DNA from: Macrostomum lignano
Lineage: Eukaryota
Length of the DNA: 64,000 nucleotides
Direction: 5' to 3'
Assembly: GCA_002269645.1 (NCBI GenBank)
Contig: NIVC01003244.1
Span: 97,219-161,218 of the forward strand
Position numbers and translations under genes: made by a program. Below, piece after piece: positions 11,801 to 23,900 of this stretch. The notes under the pieces were generated by a model, which was not told the origin of the DNA, ran no database searches, and worked only from the letters and a program-made list of their open reading frames with translations. Position 1 is the stretch's first letter. The number at the start of each line of letters is the position of its first letter.

Positions 11801-12496
11801 CCTGCATTTCAGAGCTTCTCACCACTGGCGTATCCGGTAAGAACATCATTTTCCATTCGGACAGCCAAGCTGCCTTGCACGCCATCAGTGGCTGTAGTCC
11901 CAGTTCTGCTACAGTGCTCGTATCCAACTCCTCAACATGTTGAGCTCCACCAACAAAATCACCCTTAAGTGGGTTCCGCGCATGTGGGGATCCGAGGGAA
12001 TGAGTTGGCTGACGCCTTAGCAAAAGTTGGCGCTCCGGCTCCTCTCTCGGTCCGAACCCCTTGTCCCGATTCCTGGCTGTGTCATCGACTCGCGCATCAA
12101 CGCGTGGATCAGGACCCAGCACCGCTCGGCTTGGGCGAACTGCACTACCTGCAGGCAATCCAGAGGCGCTGTCCCTCAGCCCTCTCACCAGCCCGGAAGC
12201 TCCTCTTGCGCCTGTCGCGCAGAGACATCCGGGCTGCCACCATGACCCTCTCAAGTCACGGCTGCTTCTCTAGGCACAAGTACCTGCAGGGCAACGCCAC
12301 CAACGCCATCTATAGTTTCTGTAACTCAGGTGACGAAACCGCTGAGCATTTCGTCAGCATCTGTCCCGCCTTTACGCGAGCCAGACTCACTTACCTCGGG
12401 CCACACACAGGGCTGAACTCTTTTTTCTGCAGAGAGTACATAGCTGCTGGCGACACTGGGGGACCTCCTTGGGCGGCGCCAACCCTTCGTCCATAG
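8838..12496 (+). pseudogene. LINE copy 1 ORF2 (APE-RT-RNaseH), fragmented
   Basis: Motif-bearing fragments in ORFs 8989-9330, 9475-9840, 9992-10399, 10279-10695, 10686-10916, 10916-11485 and 11969-12496, in alternating frames. Confidence 0.9.
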
Positions 12497-12788
12497 CGAC
12501 GCGTCGGCCGTTCAGGGATTAGCGGAATGGGCGCTCGCGGGTTCCCTCTGTGTCCCCCCGGGACAGCCCTGCAGCTAAGTCAAGTAAGTCAAGCCCTCGC
12601 CCTCGCCCTGGGTCGCTGTCTGCCGCTGATCAGCTTCCCGCCTTCCCTTTGTCTGCCTGTATGCGGTCCCCCCTTTCCCGTTTTCTGCCCGTTTTCTGCG
12701 CTCTCGTTTGCAGCCACAAGATTCTCTGCTGTGGTCTGGGCCCTTGTTTCGTTCCAGTCTTGAGGTCAGGCTGTTGGCCTGTTTCCCC

Positions 12789-13075
12789 TGTCATGTGAGC
12801 AAGTCACATGACAGATCTTGTTTTCTTGGAGTCCTAAAGTGCAGTAAAAATGTTTGTGTTTACGGGAGAATCACGTGCCTAAGGCCCTTCCCTTCTCTAA
12901 GGAGAGGAGTGACTCATGTTTCTAAAAATAGACACTGAGTCACAGCCTTGTGCACTCTGCCCGGAGACCCCAGTGACGTCAGTTCTAAAAATAGAACAAA
13001 GTCACGAGGTCTTGTGTGTTGGGGCAGGGGTGAATCCCACTATAAATGCAGACCCCTCACCCTTGGTTCAGTCAA
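12789..13075 (+). promoter_or_regulatory. Dense enhancer plus core promoter cassette
   Basis: Inverted pair TGTCATGTGA-N5-TCACATGACA (12789-12813), TGTTTAC (12857), CACGTG (12872), TGACTCA (12910), CTAAAAATAG (12922), TGAGTCA (12936), TGACGTCA (12974), CTAAAAATAG (12985), TATAAAT (13041), and TCAGTC Inr-like with its A at 13070 (29 nt after the TATA start). Confidence 0.65.
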
Positions 13076-13937
13076 GGAGGTTCTTCAACCGCCAGTTCAA
13101 TCTTGTGTTCCCTAAGAATCTCGTCTGAGTCTGTGTCTCAGTGTACATGTACGTTTAACTCTGTTATTGGTCTGTCTGGGACCCATCTAAAACCAACTCC
13201 TAGCCTACGAGAGGCTAACACAGCTTTTCCATCCACCCACCAAGCCCGGTAGGATCTGCTGACGAGACTCCTTGTCCGTTGAGCTGCAAATCTGCAGACG
13301 GTGCTGAGTTCGTTGAATTGTTTCTTTCTTTCCGACGAGAAGCTCACCTCACCGAAGGCCGAGACCTGAAGGAACTGGTGGCAGTACTACCTACTCTACT
13401 AAGAGCTAAGAAGGCTTCCGACAGAAGAGGCTCGAGACTTAAGGTAAAGCTTAAGTGATAAAAATCGGGAAGCAAACAGCAACTATCTCACTAACTTAAA
13501 TTCATTAGTTCGATATTGAAATAGGCAATTAGCCAACCGGACCGAAAGGAACGAGGAAAAAACGCAGGGGGTGGCGGCGAAAAGGCGGGCGAAACGAGCC
13601 CAGCGAGAGCGAGTGTATTTGACGCGAATTGAAGTATTTACAAGCAATGGGATAAAAGCAGAGGGATAAAATCAGAAGGGAAATGCAGAGGGTAAAGGCA
13701 AGCACACACGAAAAAAAAATTTGCCAAGCATGCCAACGCTGAGGGGCAGAGCACGCGAATAAAAGGGCCAGCGCGACCCCAACCCCCACCACCCCACACC
13801 ACGCACACCGCACCCACACCCCCACCCAGCGGACAGAGGCACCGGCCCCGGTCAGCTAAAACCGATTACAGAGCCAGTAAAACCGGCCCTGAAATCGCAA
13901 CATTTTGGTAAGTTTAAAACGAGTGCGAAATTATGTT

Positions 13938-14100
13938 TGTCAGAGTGCCAAAGCGGTTGTCAGAGAGCCAAAGTGAGTGTTAGAGTGCCAAATTGGTTGT
14001 CAGAGTGCCAAACTGAGTGTTAGAGTGCCAAATTGGTTGTCAGAGGGCCAAAGTGAGTGTTTGAGTGCCATATTGGGTATCCGAGTTGCCAAATTGGGCG
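13938..14100. repeat. 20-bp tandem repeat alternating as a 40-bp dimer (GT(C/T)AGAGTGCCAAA...)
   Basis: About 8 units. Confidence 0.85.
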
Positions 14101-14112
14101 TCTTTGCTTTTC

Positions 14113-15195
14113 TTCTTAAAATTATTCTTTTTAAGAATAATAGTTCGCTTAGTAATGAATCCGTGTTTCTCTAGCATTACTGCAAGCTTATTAAAGAAGA
14201 AAAAAGAAAGAGAGTTGAGACTGAGGCAAGTCTCCATTGTAGTAGCAGTAGGCCACTGGGTGTTTAAAGTTCGTCGCGCAATTGGTATACGAGTTATTGG
14301 TATACTTCTCCAGTACTATACCAGTACTATTGGTATACTAGTACGCTAGTACAAGCGAGGGGTGTCCAAAAATTAATTATACTCATGACAAAACGAAAAA
14401 GCTGTAGTGCAACATGAGTGTGTGCTCTGTTTTATACTGACAGTATCTACTTTCTACAATCAAAAATCGTTTGAAAAAAATTATGGTTCTATTTTGGGTT
14501 GCCGTTGAAAAGAATTACGCTGAAACAAATACTTCTGTGGGATAATACGCTATTCCGATTTCACTTACTCTAGCGAGTGCTGACTGCCGATGTTCAGTCA
14601 AGTGCACTCTCAGATGCCATGTTTTTGATGGCACGTTCAATCAGTAGAAAAAATGAGGATCACTTCCGACCCAACTGAGAATGATTACGAATGAGAATGA
14701 AAGAGACTGCGGGGCTGCGTGCACCCTGGCAACACTTAAAGCGACATTGTCACACAATCGGCGAGAGACATTGTTACTGCCCATTCCGCCGACTCCCCTG
14801 AGGCACACAGGCGCGCGGATACGTACATGTACGCCCCTCAAGCTAATTGGCATTAATTGCGAAAGCAGAGCCAAGCCGAGATCCCAATTTAGCCCCCAAA
14901 AATACTGTGACTGCACTTGGAATCGAGCCTGGGCCGCTGCCGGCTGGTACATGAGAGCGCCGCGCTAGTATACTGATTATTTGACTGTTAATTTATTAAT
15001 AAATTGTCCTGTTTGAACACCTACTGACCGCGGTAGTTGTTTTCTATTGCGTACCTTCTCAATGGCTATCGATTGAAGCATAAATTTTCTAACTAATGAG
15101 GTTCTGTTATTGCTAATGTGGCTAATCTTTTTTTGTTGTTGAAGTACTTTGTTAATATGAACTTAGCTCTCGAGTTACTAGAATCTATGTTACTG
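14113..15195 (+). repeat. Dispersed repeat, copy B, interrupted by a ~760-bp insertion (about 14390-15156)
   Basis: Colinear with 6525-6770; the last blocks (GAACTTAGCT...TGTTACTGTTC) resume at about 15157. Confidence 0.6.
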
Positions 15196-17534
15196 TTCTA
15201 ATCCACAACGCAAGCAATTATCACATCTATAAAGCGTGTGCCAAGTACATGTATTGAATAAGTGCCAAATATATGTCTAGAGTGGCAAAAGACAAGTGTG
15301 GAGCTTGGGTGTCGAGTGCTATTTTTTCTAATTTCTAATTAGTTTTAAATTTAAAGTACCAGCAGAATATGCTAATTGATTAAATTTGATGGTCTGATAT
15401 GACATATTTAGGAATGTTCGATACCTTATGATTTGTACATATGCAGCTAAACATATAGAAACTGTGGACTGAGTGGTCGTGATCACACAGCAAGATGGCT
15501 GGAAGTGCTTGTACAGATAATGTAACAAATAAAAACGCAGATTTCTTGGGTAAATTGTAGAGAGTACGAGCGTACATCAAACTGATTAAAGCGAGCGGAA
15601 TAACGTAGGAATTTATTTTTTCTGTAACACATTAACACAAATATAGCAATGATTTTTGACAAATTTTAATTCTTAGACAATACAAAAAATGTATAGGGAA
15701 AATTTTAATATTACTGTAATAGTAATAGTTTTAATAGTACTTTTAATATTAGTACTCGTATTTCTCCGATGCTTTGCAATTATATACCATCCCCATGCAG
15801 GGCCAAATTCAACCAAAAAAATTAAATGCGCATGCTAAGTACAGGCACAAACACGAAAGAGTTTAGCTATAACAAAATTATGACCCATCAAAATTTGATC
15901 GTTTATCTGAATTGCATATAATTCATTGACAACATTGCTATAGCTATATATACTGTATATGTATTTGGCAACAAAAATATACTATAGTACTTTCTTTATA
16001 TTAACGTGTGCACAAAGTTTTCAGCTATTAGCTATAAAATGTTAGCGAAAAGTGAACAGAAAATAAAACTGACAAAGGAAAGTATATTTATTCAGTCGTA
16101 ATACGCTCGTATATGCCAAGCACGCGATAATAAAAATAAAAATGTATGTTTTAAATAATTAGAGTAACAGTAACTGGTTAAAAAACCAAAGCTACTATCT
16201 ATATTGGTAAGTAATCAAATTCTTTTTTCTTTTACGTTTTATTCGGATAGCTATAATCTTTACAAAATTTCCGGAACAAAAAAGTGACAATCTTTTAACG
16301 AATATGTATTTTAAACCAGTGCAACAGCAATTAAAGATACTATTATTACATGTATTTAAAATTAAGGACAAATACTTTGGTCCAAATATGCTTGAACAAT
16401 GCAATAAGAAATGTTTCGAAAGAAGGTATAACATTATCAGAATTCAGAATTGCAAAAATACTATAACTTTAAAATCTGTAGGTCTAAATGATAAAAACTA
16501 ATAAGTGCTGAAATGAGTTAAGAATTTAATTGATGTTTTAAACTAAACCACATACATGTACCATGGCATAATAACATTTTGCAGTACATATCGAATAAAT
16601 TATTAATTAGCATAGTCAATTATATCGTTTGTGCGGTTTGCACACAGGCTCTAAATCTGCGTTCGCGGAGACCAACAACAAACAGAACAATTATAATATA
16701 GACAGAAGATTAAATTTAATATGGTTAGACTTAACAAAATAAGCTAAAAGTTAAAGAAATTAATAATCTGTTTCTGGTGTCAATAATAATTATAGAACAA
16801 TTCAATTCAAGAATTAGATTAAAACAACAAAAATAATCAACGCATGTATCACACTACTACAAGTAGGAGGAGTGTGTCATTTTAATGAGAAAGCGGACTA
16901 TTTCGAATTAAAAATAGCTTTTAAATATTAAGACAAACTAGTAACATGAGACTAAGAAAAAATAACCCCAAAAAACAAGAAACGTTATAGAGAAGAAGCA
17001 AAGAGAGACTGAAGGATCAACAGCAGAGGAAGCTGACTATTGCTGTTCTCTGCACAGCTGCTGACACGTTGGATTGCATTTAATATTCCGAAGGGCACAG
17101 TGGCCCAGTGGCATTTTGGTTGAGCTTTCGGCGCGCCTGCCTTCGCTATCTAATTTCCCATAGCTAGCTAAGCCAAGAGCCGGGCGCAATTCCCTGGGGC
17201 AATTGCTATAAGCCACTACCCTACATGTACATGTATAAGCCTTCGATGCTTGTACCGATGGATTATTCATGAGTAGCCGAAGCCCGTCCGCGGTCTCTTG
17301 CAAGCTCTATTTGCCCATCGTTCATTATAATCCCCTTGCTGAGCTGTGCGGCTATGCTGTGTAGCCAATCGCTAATCCTAAAGATTATAAATGTCTTCAA
17401 CTAAATGTATCTTTATGTTTGACAAGATGACAACTGTCGGGTGTTTATATGTCAACCGAGTATAAATTTAAACAATTTCATGTTTTCGATTAGACATAAG
17501 AATGCTGTTAGGAGCAGTAGAGTGCAGACACAGG

Positions 17535-17648
17535 CTGGATCAGTACAGTACAGACTTGATCAGTACATTACAGACTGGATCAGTACATTACAGACTTGAT
17601 CAGTACATTACAGACTGGAACAGTACGAGCGTACATTACAGACTGGAG
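17535..17648. repeat. 20-bp tandem repeat (GATCAGTACATTACAGACT(G/T))
   Basis: About 5 units, downstream of the SYT12 stop codon. Confidence 0.85.
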
Positions 17649-17971
17649 CACAACAAAAATACAAAATCAGTACAATGAAAACAGAAAAGTCTATAAAAGA
17701 TCAGAACAGAACCTTACAGATCCAAACAGTATATAAACATGAATCATAAATATCAGGTCATAACAACACACGCGAGCAGCATATTAACAGACCAGAACAG
17801 AAACATTCGTGTAAGAAAAGACAAGAGACGAGCTTTGTCAGCACAGGCAAAACTCATGTTTAATCGAATTCACTATCTGCTTTTTTCTGCTCGTGCTCAC
17901 GCATACTCAGATCGATAAGATGGGGGTAATCCAGCCATCCTCACTCAGCCTAAATAGTTGTTTCTTAGAAT

Positions 17972-20900
17972 TCATTTCTTCCGCAAATGATGCCACATGG
18001 CAACGGGTTTGCGCAGCGAGGTGACCATCTGCTGCCAGTGCGTCAGCTCGGCTCCGCCAGCCTGCGAGCCGATTATCACGTGACCGATGCTGCTGAGCCG
18101 GCCGTCACTGCGCAATTCGGCCACGGTTAGGCGGAGCTGGACGGACTGGAGATGAAAGAGAGAGTAGAAGGTACTGTCTCCCTCTGTCTCTCCCCCCGTC
18201 TCTTCCTCCGTCTCTCCCTCCGTCTCTCCCTCCATCTCTCCCTCTGTCTCTCCCCCCGTCTCTCCCTCCGTCTCTCCCTCCGTCTCTCCCTCTGTCTCTC
18301 CCCCGTCTCTCCCTCCGTCTCTCCCTCCGTCTCTCCCTCTGTCTCTCCCTCTGTCTCTCCCTATGTCTCTCCTTCTGTCTCTCCCCCCGTCTCTCCCTCC
18401 GTCTCTCCCTCCGTCTCTCCCTCCGTCCCTCCCTCCGTCTCTCCCTCTGTCTCTTCATGTATCTCATTGTCTCTCCCTCTGTCTCTCCATGTCTCTCATT
18501 GTCTCTCCCTCTGTCTCTCCCTCTGCCTTTCCCTCTGTACGCTCATATTCTTCTCGGTATCTCCCCCTGTCTCTCCATGTCTCTCTATGTCTCCCCCTCT
18601 GTTTGTCCCTCTGTCTCTCCCTCTGTCTCTCCATGTCTCTCCCTCTGTCTCCCTATAAAATTATTTCAGCATAATAACCCATAAATCAATTGTGCCGTGC
18701 GCTGTCTCAAGTCTGGTCCAATTTGCAGACACTTTATATTTTATAAACTCTAAAGCCGCTTAGCTAGTGTAATAGAGCTGATTATGGTATATAATTTGGC
18801 TATTTAAATGGTAATTTTAAGGCCAACTGGAACAAATAAACATGTAATTGTAAAACAGTTCTCACCGACAGAGAGGCCTGTGACACACTAAATATCATCG
18901 CCTCGTTGTAGGTGGGCTGGCTTTCGCTGCGCTTTACCGATGTCTTCTTTTTGGTTACTCGCTTGCCGCCCTGCAGAAGATGCACTTTTACCAGCACGTC
19001 TGCAATGGGTATTGAGTGCCAAATGCTTGTCCGCCTGACGAGGTTAAGGGCGGCAAATCAAAGGGATTCGAAGGGAATCTCGTGAGGGCGGCGGAACATC
19101 AAAGAGATTGGAGGGGAATCTCTTGAGGGGGGGGGCGGCACATCAGAGAGATTGGAGGGGAATCTCGTGAGGGCGGCGGCACATCAAAGGGATTGGGGGT
19201 TGAGAATCTCTGGAGGTCGGTGGCATATCGAAGGGATTAAAGAGGAATCTCTGGAGGGCGGCGGTACATCAAAGGAATTGGAGGGGAATCCCCGGAGGGC
19301 GGTGGTACATTAAAGGGATTGGAGGGGAATATCTGGAGGGCGGCGGTACATCAAAGGGATTCGAGGGGAATCTCTGGAGGGCGGCGGTACATCAAAGGGA
19401 TTGGAGGGGAATCTCTGGAGGGCGGCGGTACATCAAAGGGATTCGAGGGGAATCTCTGGAGGGCGGCGGTACATCAAAGGGATTGGAGGGGAATCACTGC
19501 AGGGCGTGGCACATCAAAGGGATTGCGATCTTTGGAAATAAATTTTATCGAGTTAATCTGCCTCCCTCCACTTGTAATATTTTATTCCTTGCCTTAGATG
19601 CAGTCTGAACTGTTAGCAATCGTGACAAATAATTAGCTGAATCATCGTATTGATTTAATGTACGTTCGCTCTCTATGTACATCGCAGGCTTAACTTCAAC
19701 TTGCATAAATAAAGCGATCACTGCCTCACGGGGCCTTCGTGTTTGTGGTGCTGCCAAATACCGCGTGTTACACACTCACCGCCAACCGACTGATCTTGGC
19801 GAGGCCACTTCAAGTTCTTTGCCTTCACAATGACCACGGTGAGTCGTTCGGCAGTTGGCAGGTAGCTGAGAGAGAACATCAGCTCGCCAAAGTCTGACGG
19901 TTTCTGCAATGTTGAGATCGAAAGCACGCGGCTGTTTTGATATTTTTATTGGGTCATTGGGGTTGGGGGGGGGGGGTAGCAGTTAAAGAAACAGCTGCTC
20001 ACCTGGTCGAGTTCGCGCAGGTTGAGCCATAGACGAAGCGGTCGCTGCAGATCCACGTCAGCGAGCCTGATTTCAGTCTCGCCGATGTGCTTCTGCCTGG
20101 CGTACTTGTCAACGCTGAACATCTGCAGCTGCAGCGACTTCTGGGCCAGCTGGTGCGGCTCCAGGCTGTACAGGAACCGCTCTTTGAATACGGGATTGGG
20201 GTTCCGCTTGACAACCTGCGATGTTGAGGATATGTTGACACATTGGTTATAACCTGTCCCATACAACATTATACCTGTCCTATGCAGATTGTAGCACCAT
20301 CAATCCTCATGCGTTTTCGTAGAACTGGATTTTAACAATCCGTCTAGTCTAGTTTTCTATGGATCAAGGTCCCAAAGATCGATCGCCTGAAGATAGTCTA
20401 GTTTATAGATCTAAACTCTAATATCGATGATCTAGTTCATAGATCTAGACTCTAATATCGATGATCTAGTTCATAGATCTAGACTCTAATTATCTATCTG
20501 GTATATAGATCTAGACACTGATGATCTATTTAGTATATAGATCTAAACTAATGATTTATATAGTTTATAGATCTAGACTCTAATGATCTAATGATCTATC
20601 TGATTTATAGATCTAGATTCTAATGATCTATTTAGTTTTCGTCAAGAGCCGCTCACCTTAGTCTGGGACTTCATGTTGGCCACGTCGGGCACTACGGCCA
20701 GGCAGGCGAAGAAGTCCATGTCGCAGACTCCGGTGGCGTCGCTGGAGGCCAGATCCCGACCCTGGATGAGCGACACCACCAGCTCGGAGACGTCCCTGTC
20801 GTACTCAAGCCCCATCTCCACCTGACCGATTGGCGACACGTCCGGCTGCATGTCCATCACGGATGTGTCCGAGGCCAGCGACTCGGCCGAGCCAACGCGG

Positions 20901-23900
20901 GGAAGGTTGTGTCCGGGCTCGTACTCGGAGCCTGCGGGCGCATGAACGGAGGGCGAACGAATCTTATTATTGCTGTTTAATAAGTTGATCACAGTCGTCT
21001 TTTGGCGCGACTCTGACAGTCGTCTTTTGACGCCACTCTGACAGTCGTCTTTTGTCCCACTCTGACAGTCGTCTTTTGGCGCCACTCTGACAGTCATCTT
21101 TTGTCCCACTCTGACAGTCGTCTTTTGTCCCACTCTGACTGTCGTCTTTTGTCCCACTCTGACAGTCGTCTTTTGGCGCCACTCTGACTGTCGTCTTTTG
21201 TCCCACTCTGACAGTCGTCTTTTGGCGCCACTCTGACTGTCGTCTTTTGTCCCACTCTGACAGTCGTCTTTTGACGCCACTCTGACAGTCGTCTTTTGTC
21301 CCACTCTGACAGTCGTCTTTTGGCGCCACTCTGACTGTCGTCTTTTGTCCCACTCTGACAGTCGTCTTTTGGCGCCACTCTGACTGTCATCTTTTGTCCC
21401 ACTCTGACAGTCGTCTTTTGGCGCCACTCTGACAGTCATCTTTTGTCCCACTCTGACTGTCGTCTTTTGTCCCACTCTGACAGTCATCTTTTGTCCCACT
21501 CTGACAGTCGTCTTTTGGCGCCACTCTGACTGTCGTCTTTTGGCGCCACTCTGACTGTCATCTTTTGTCCCACTCTGACAGTCGTCTTTTGGCGCCACTC
21601 TGACAGTCGTCTTTTGGCGCCACTCTGACAGTCATCTTTTGTCCCACTCTGACAGTCGTCTTTTGGCACCACTCTGACAGTTGTCTTTTGTCCCACTCTG
21701 ACTGTCGTCTTTTGGCGCCACTCTGACAGTCGTCTTTGCACGCGAAGGCGTATTCAGCATGCCAGTGAAGTATGAGACAGACTAGGCCTACGAGCTAAGG
21801 TCTGCGATGCTTCACGCCTGCCCCTATCTTCAGCAGGTCAAGGCTGGTGGGAGGTCTGCACCCTCTATTTGCCTCTAGCAGCCGCAGACTCGCCCACGCT
21901 GTCTCGCAAGTCGACCCAGGGGTACCCGTCCCCGCGTGTGTTCAAGGCAGACCCTAGGGCTGCTGGACAGACTGGGCTCCGGCGCTGGGGACCCATCCAG
22001 TGGCTTCGGCCGAATTTGGGTATGCGGGTCTGGCCCGCCAGCCTGCAGGCCGTGGTGCTGCTTAACGTACCCTCTAATGCCTAAGGTGTTTGACCGTGCC
22101 GATGGGCTGGAAGGCCGGGGAGTAGTCCGGTCGCTAGCGGTCCTTTTTTCAAACCGGCTGGCTTGAGGTGTCGGCCAGTCGGGTACTCAACTCGCGTAAC
22201 GAGGAGCCCTCCCCCGCTTTTCAGCTATGGCCACTAACGCCAATTTTATCAATGAAACTGACCCGGTCGCCACTGGCCCACCGGGATCAGCCGCTCCGGT
22301 AGCTACCACTGGTAGCAACAACGCCCAACCTGGTCCAACCGGGCCAGCTGACGCTGCCGCCGAGTACCCTGGCCGCCAGTCTAGCCGACCGCGCACGGCC
22401 GAGTCCCGACGGTAGCGAAATATCCGCCGTAATCGTAAGCGGCAGGAGAAGCGGGCTGCTGTTGCGTCCGCGGAGAGCGGGCAAGCCGCGGTGAGGCTTT
22501 CGGGAGCCACCGCAGCGGGGAGGCCCTCTGGGGAGCCCAGTGGCGCGGCTGGGCCGTCAGAAACCGCCGTGTCCTCGGACTCTCAGGGGGGCAACCCTGC
22601 CGGCCTACCGCCTTCCAAGGACAAAGCGGCCCCGCTCAAGACCTCCGAGTCCTACGCCTCCAAGGTCAAGCAGCCGCTGCAACCCGCCGTGATGATCCTC
22701 GGCGGGGATTTTGACCTGACGCCCGAGCAGCTCGACGTCGCGTGGCGCACCATCGACGAGGGCTTGCTCAACCTAACCCTGGAGGGCGTCTTCGTGGACA
22801 TCGTCAAGTCCACCAAGGCGAACGGGTGCATCCTACTGTGGTGCAAATCCGAGGAGAGCACCCAGCTCCTGCGGGATCAGCTGCCCAAGTTCGACTGGCA
22901 CAGCGACCTGGGCCAGCTGACCTTCGCCCTGGTGAGCGAGCGGCCGAAGACCATCCGCCATCGGATTTGGGTCCCGGCCGACAGTGCGATCAAGTCCGGG
23001 GAGCAGCTGCGGCAGCTCCTGCTCAAGCGGCACCCGGATCTCGACGCCAGTGGTCTTGTGTACCACAGCACGGTCCGCAAGGGCACGACCGGGGCCACCG
23101 TCATCCTCGGCCTGACGGAGGGATGGGCCAAGCGGCTACCGCACGGCACAAACCTCCACCTTGGTCTCCATCAACTGACCATCCTCCGCTGTGAGGAGGG
23201 AAAGGTGGAGACTAAGAACGACGGGAAGCGCGCCTCTCCCGGAGCTGGGGCTCAGGCTCCGCCGGCCAAGCGGCAGCAGCAACCCGATCCCAAGCCTAAC
23301 AAGGCTATTCGCGCTGCTGAGTCCGCCTCGCGCGGACGTAGACCCGCCCGCAGTAACCGGCGGTCCGGGCTAATCCAGCGCGCACTTGACGAAGCTCAGT
23401 CTCTGAGACTTCACCTCGAGCAGACTCGTGCTGCTCGCAAAAACACCGAAAGCCAGCCGAGGGAACTGGACGACGGCATGGCTCAGCTTTCCAACTGGTG
23501 GGATTACCACCAGGAGGACGCTGCCGGCCGAGCTCAGACTCCCGACGGCGGGGCGCAAGGCGAAGGCAGCAGCCGTACCCCAGTCGCTGGGGGGGGGGCG
23601 GCATACATGCGCAACAGTCGGCCGAGTCGGCCGATCCGGCCGACCGATTTGGTGGCCAACCAAGGAAGTCGCAAAAATGCCAACCCGAAAAAACACCGAG
23701 TAGTAGTACTAAGTAGCTGACGAGGCATTTTGGCTTTATAAGACAGTCATAGTTACTCCTGCCGTTTACCCAAAGTTGCATTAATTTTGCTTTCGGGTTT
23801 TTTTACATGTAAGTCGCATTTTTGGCCAAAAACTACGTCGCATTTTTGTTAAAACTAAGTCGCATGGCCGACCGAAATTTGGAGGTTGCGCATGTATGGG

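Larger units (their letters stand above)
6848..12593 (+). mobile_element. Full-length, decayed LOA/R1-like non-LTR retrotransposon (copy 1)
   Basis: 16-bp TSD CCCTCGCCCTCGCCCT at 6830-6845 and 12594-12609. 5' UTR, ORF1, and ORF2 with APE (CLQINLKH, LIQEPW), RT ([24 protein letters not shown]), RNase H (YTDGS, FQSEV, HSDSQAAL, GIRGNELAD) and CCHC remnant. 3' tail CTAAGTCAAGTAAGTCAAG. Many stops and frameshifts. Confidence 0.93.

Noticed and set aside
13529-13825. Hydrophobic 98-aa minus-strand ORF
   Set aside because: It reflects GT/CT-rich low-complexity sequence, with no domain or splice support.
17090-17220. SINE or tRNA with A box TGGCCCAGTGG
   Set aside because: No B box or cloverleaf was found.
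20991-21737. CRISPR-like array
   Set aside because: The repeats are contiguous with no unique spacers, there are no cas genes, and the context is a eukaryotic intron.
22413-22415. Programmed readthrough at in-frame TAG codons in LINE ORFs (7935, 22413, 25425)
   Set aside because: The stops are at different positions in the two copies and align with sense codons in the other copy, so they are ordinary nonsense mutations.
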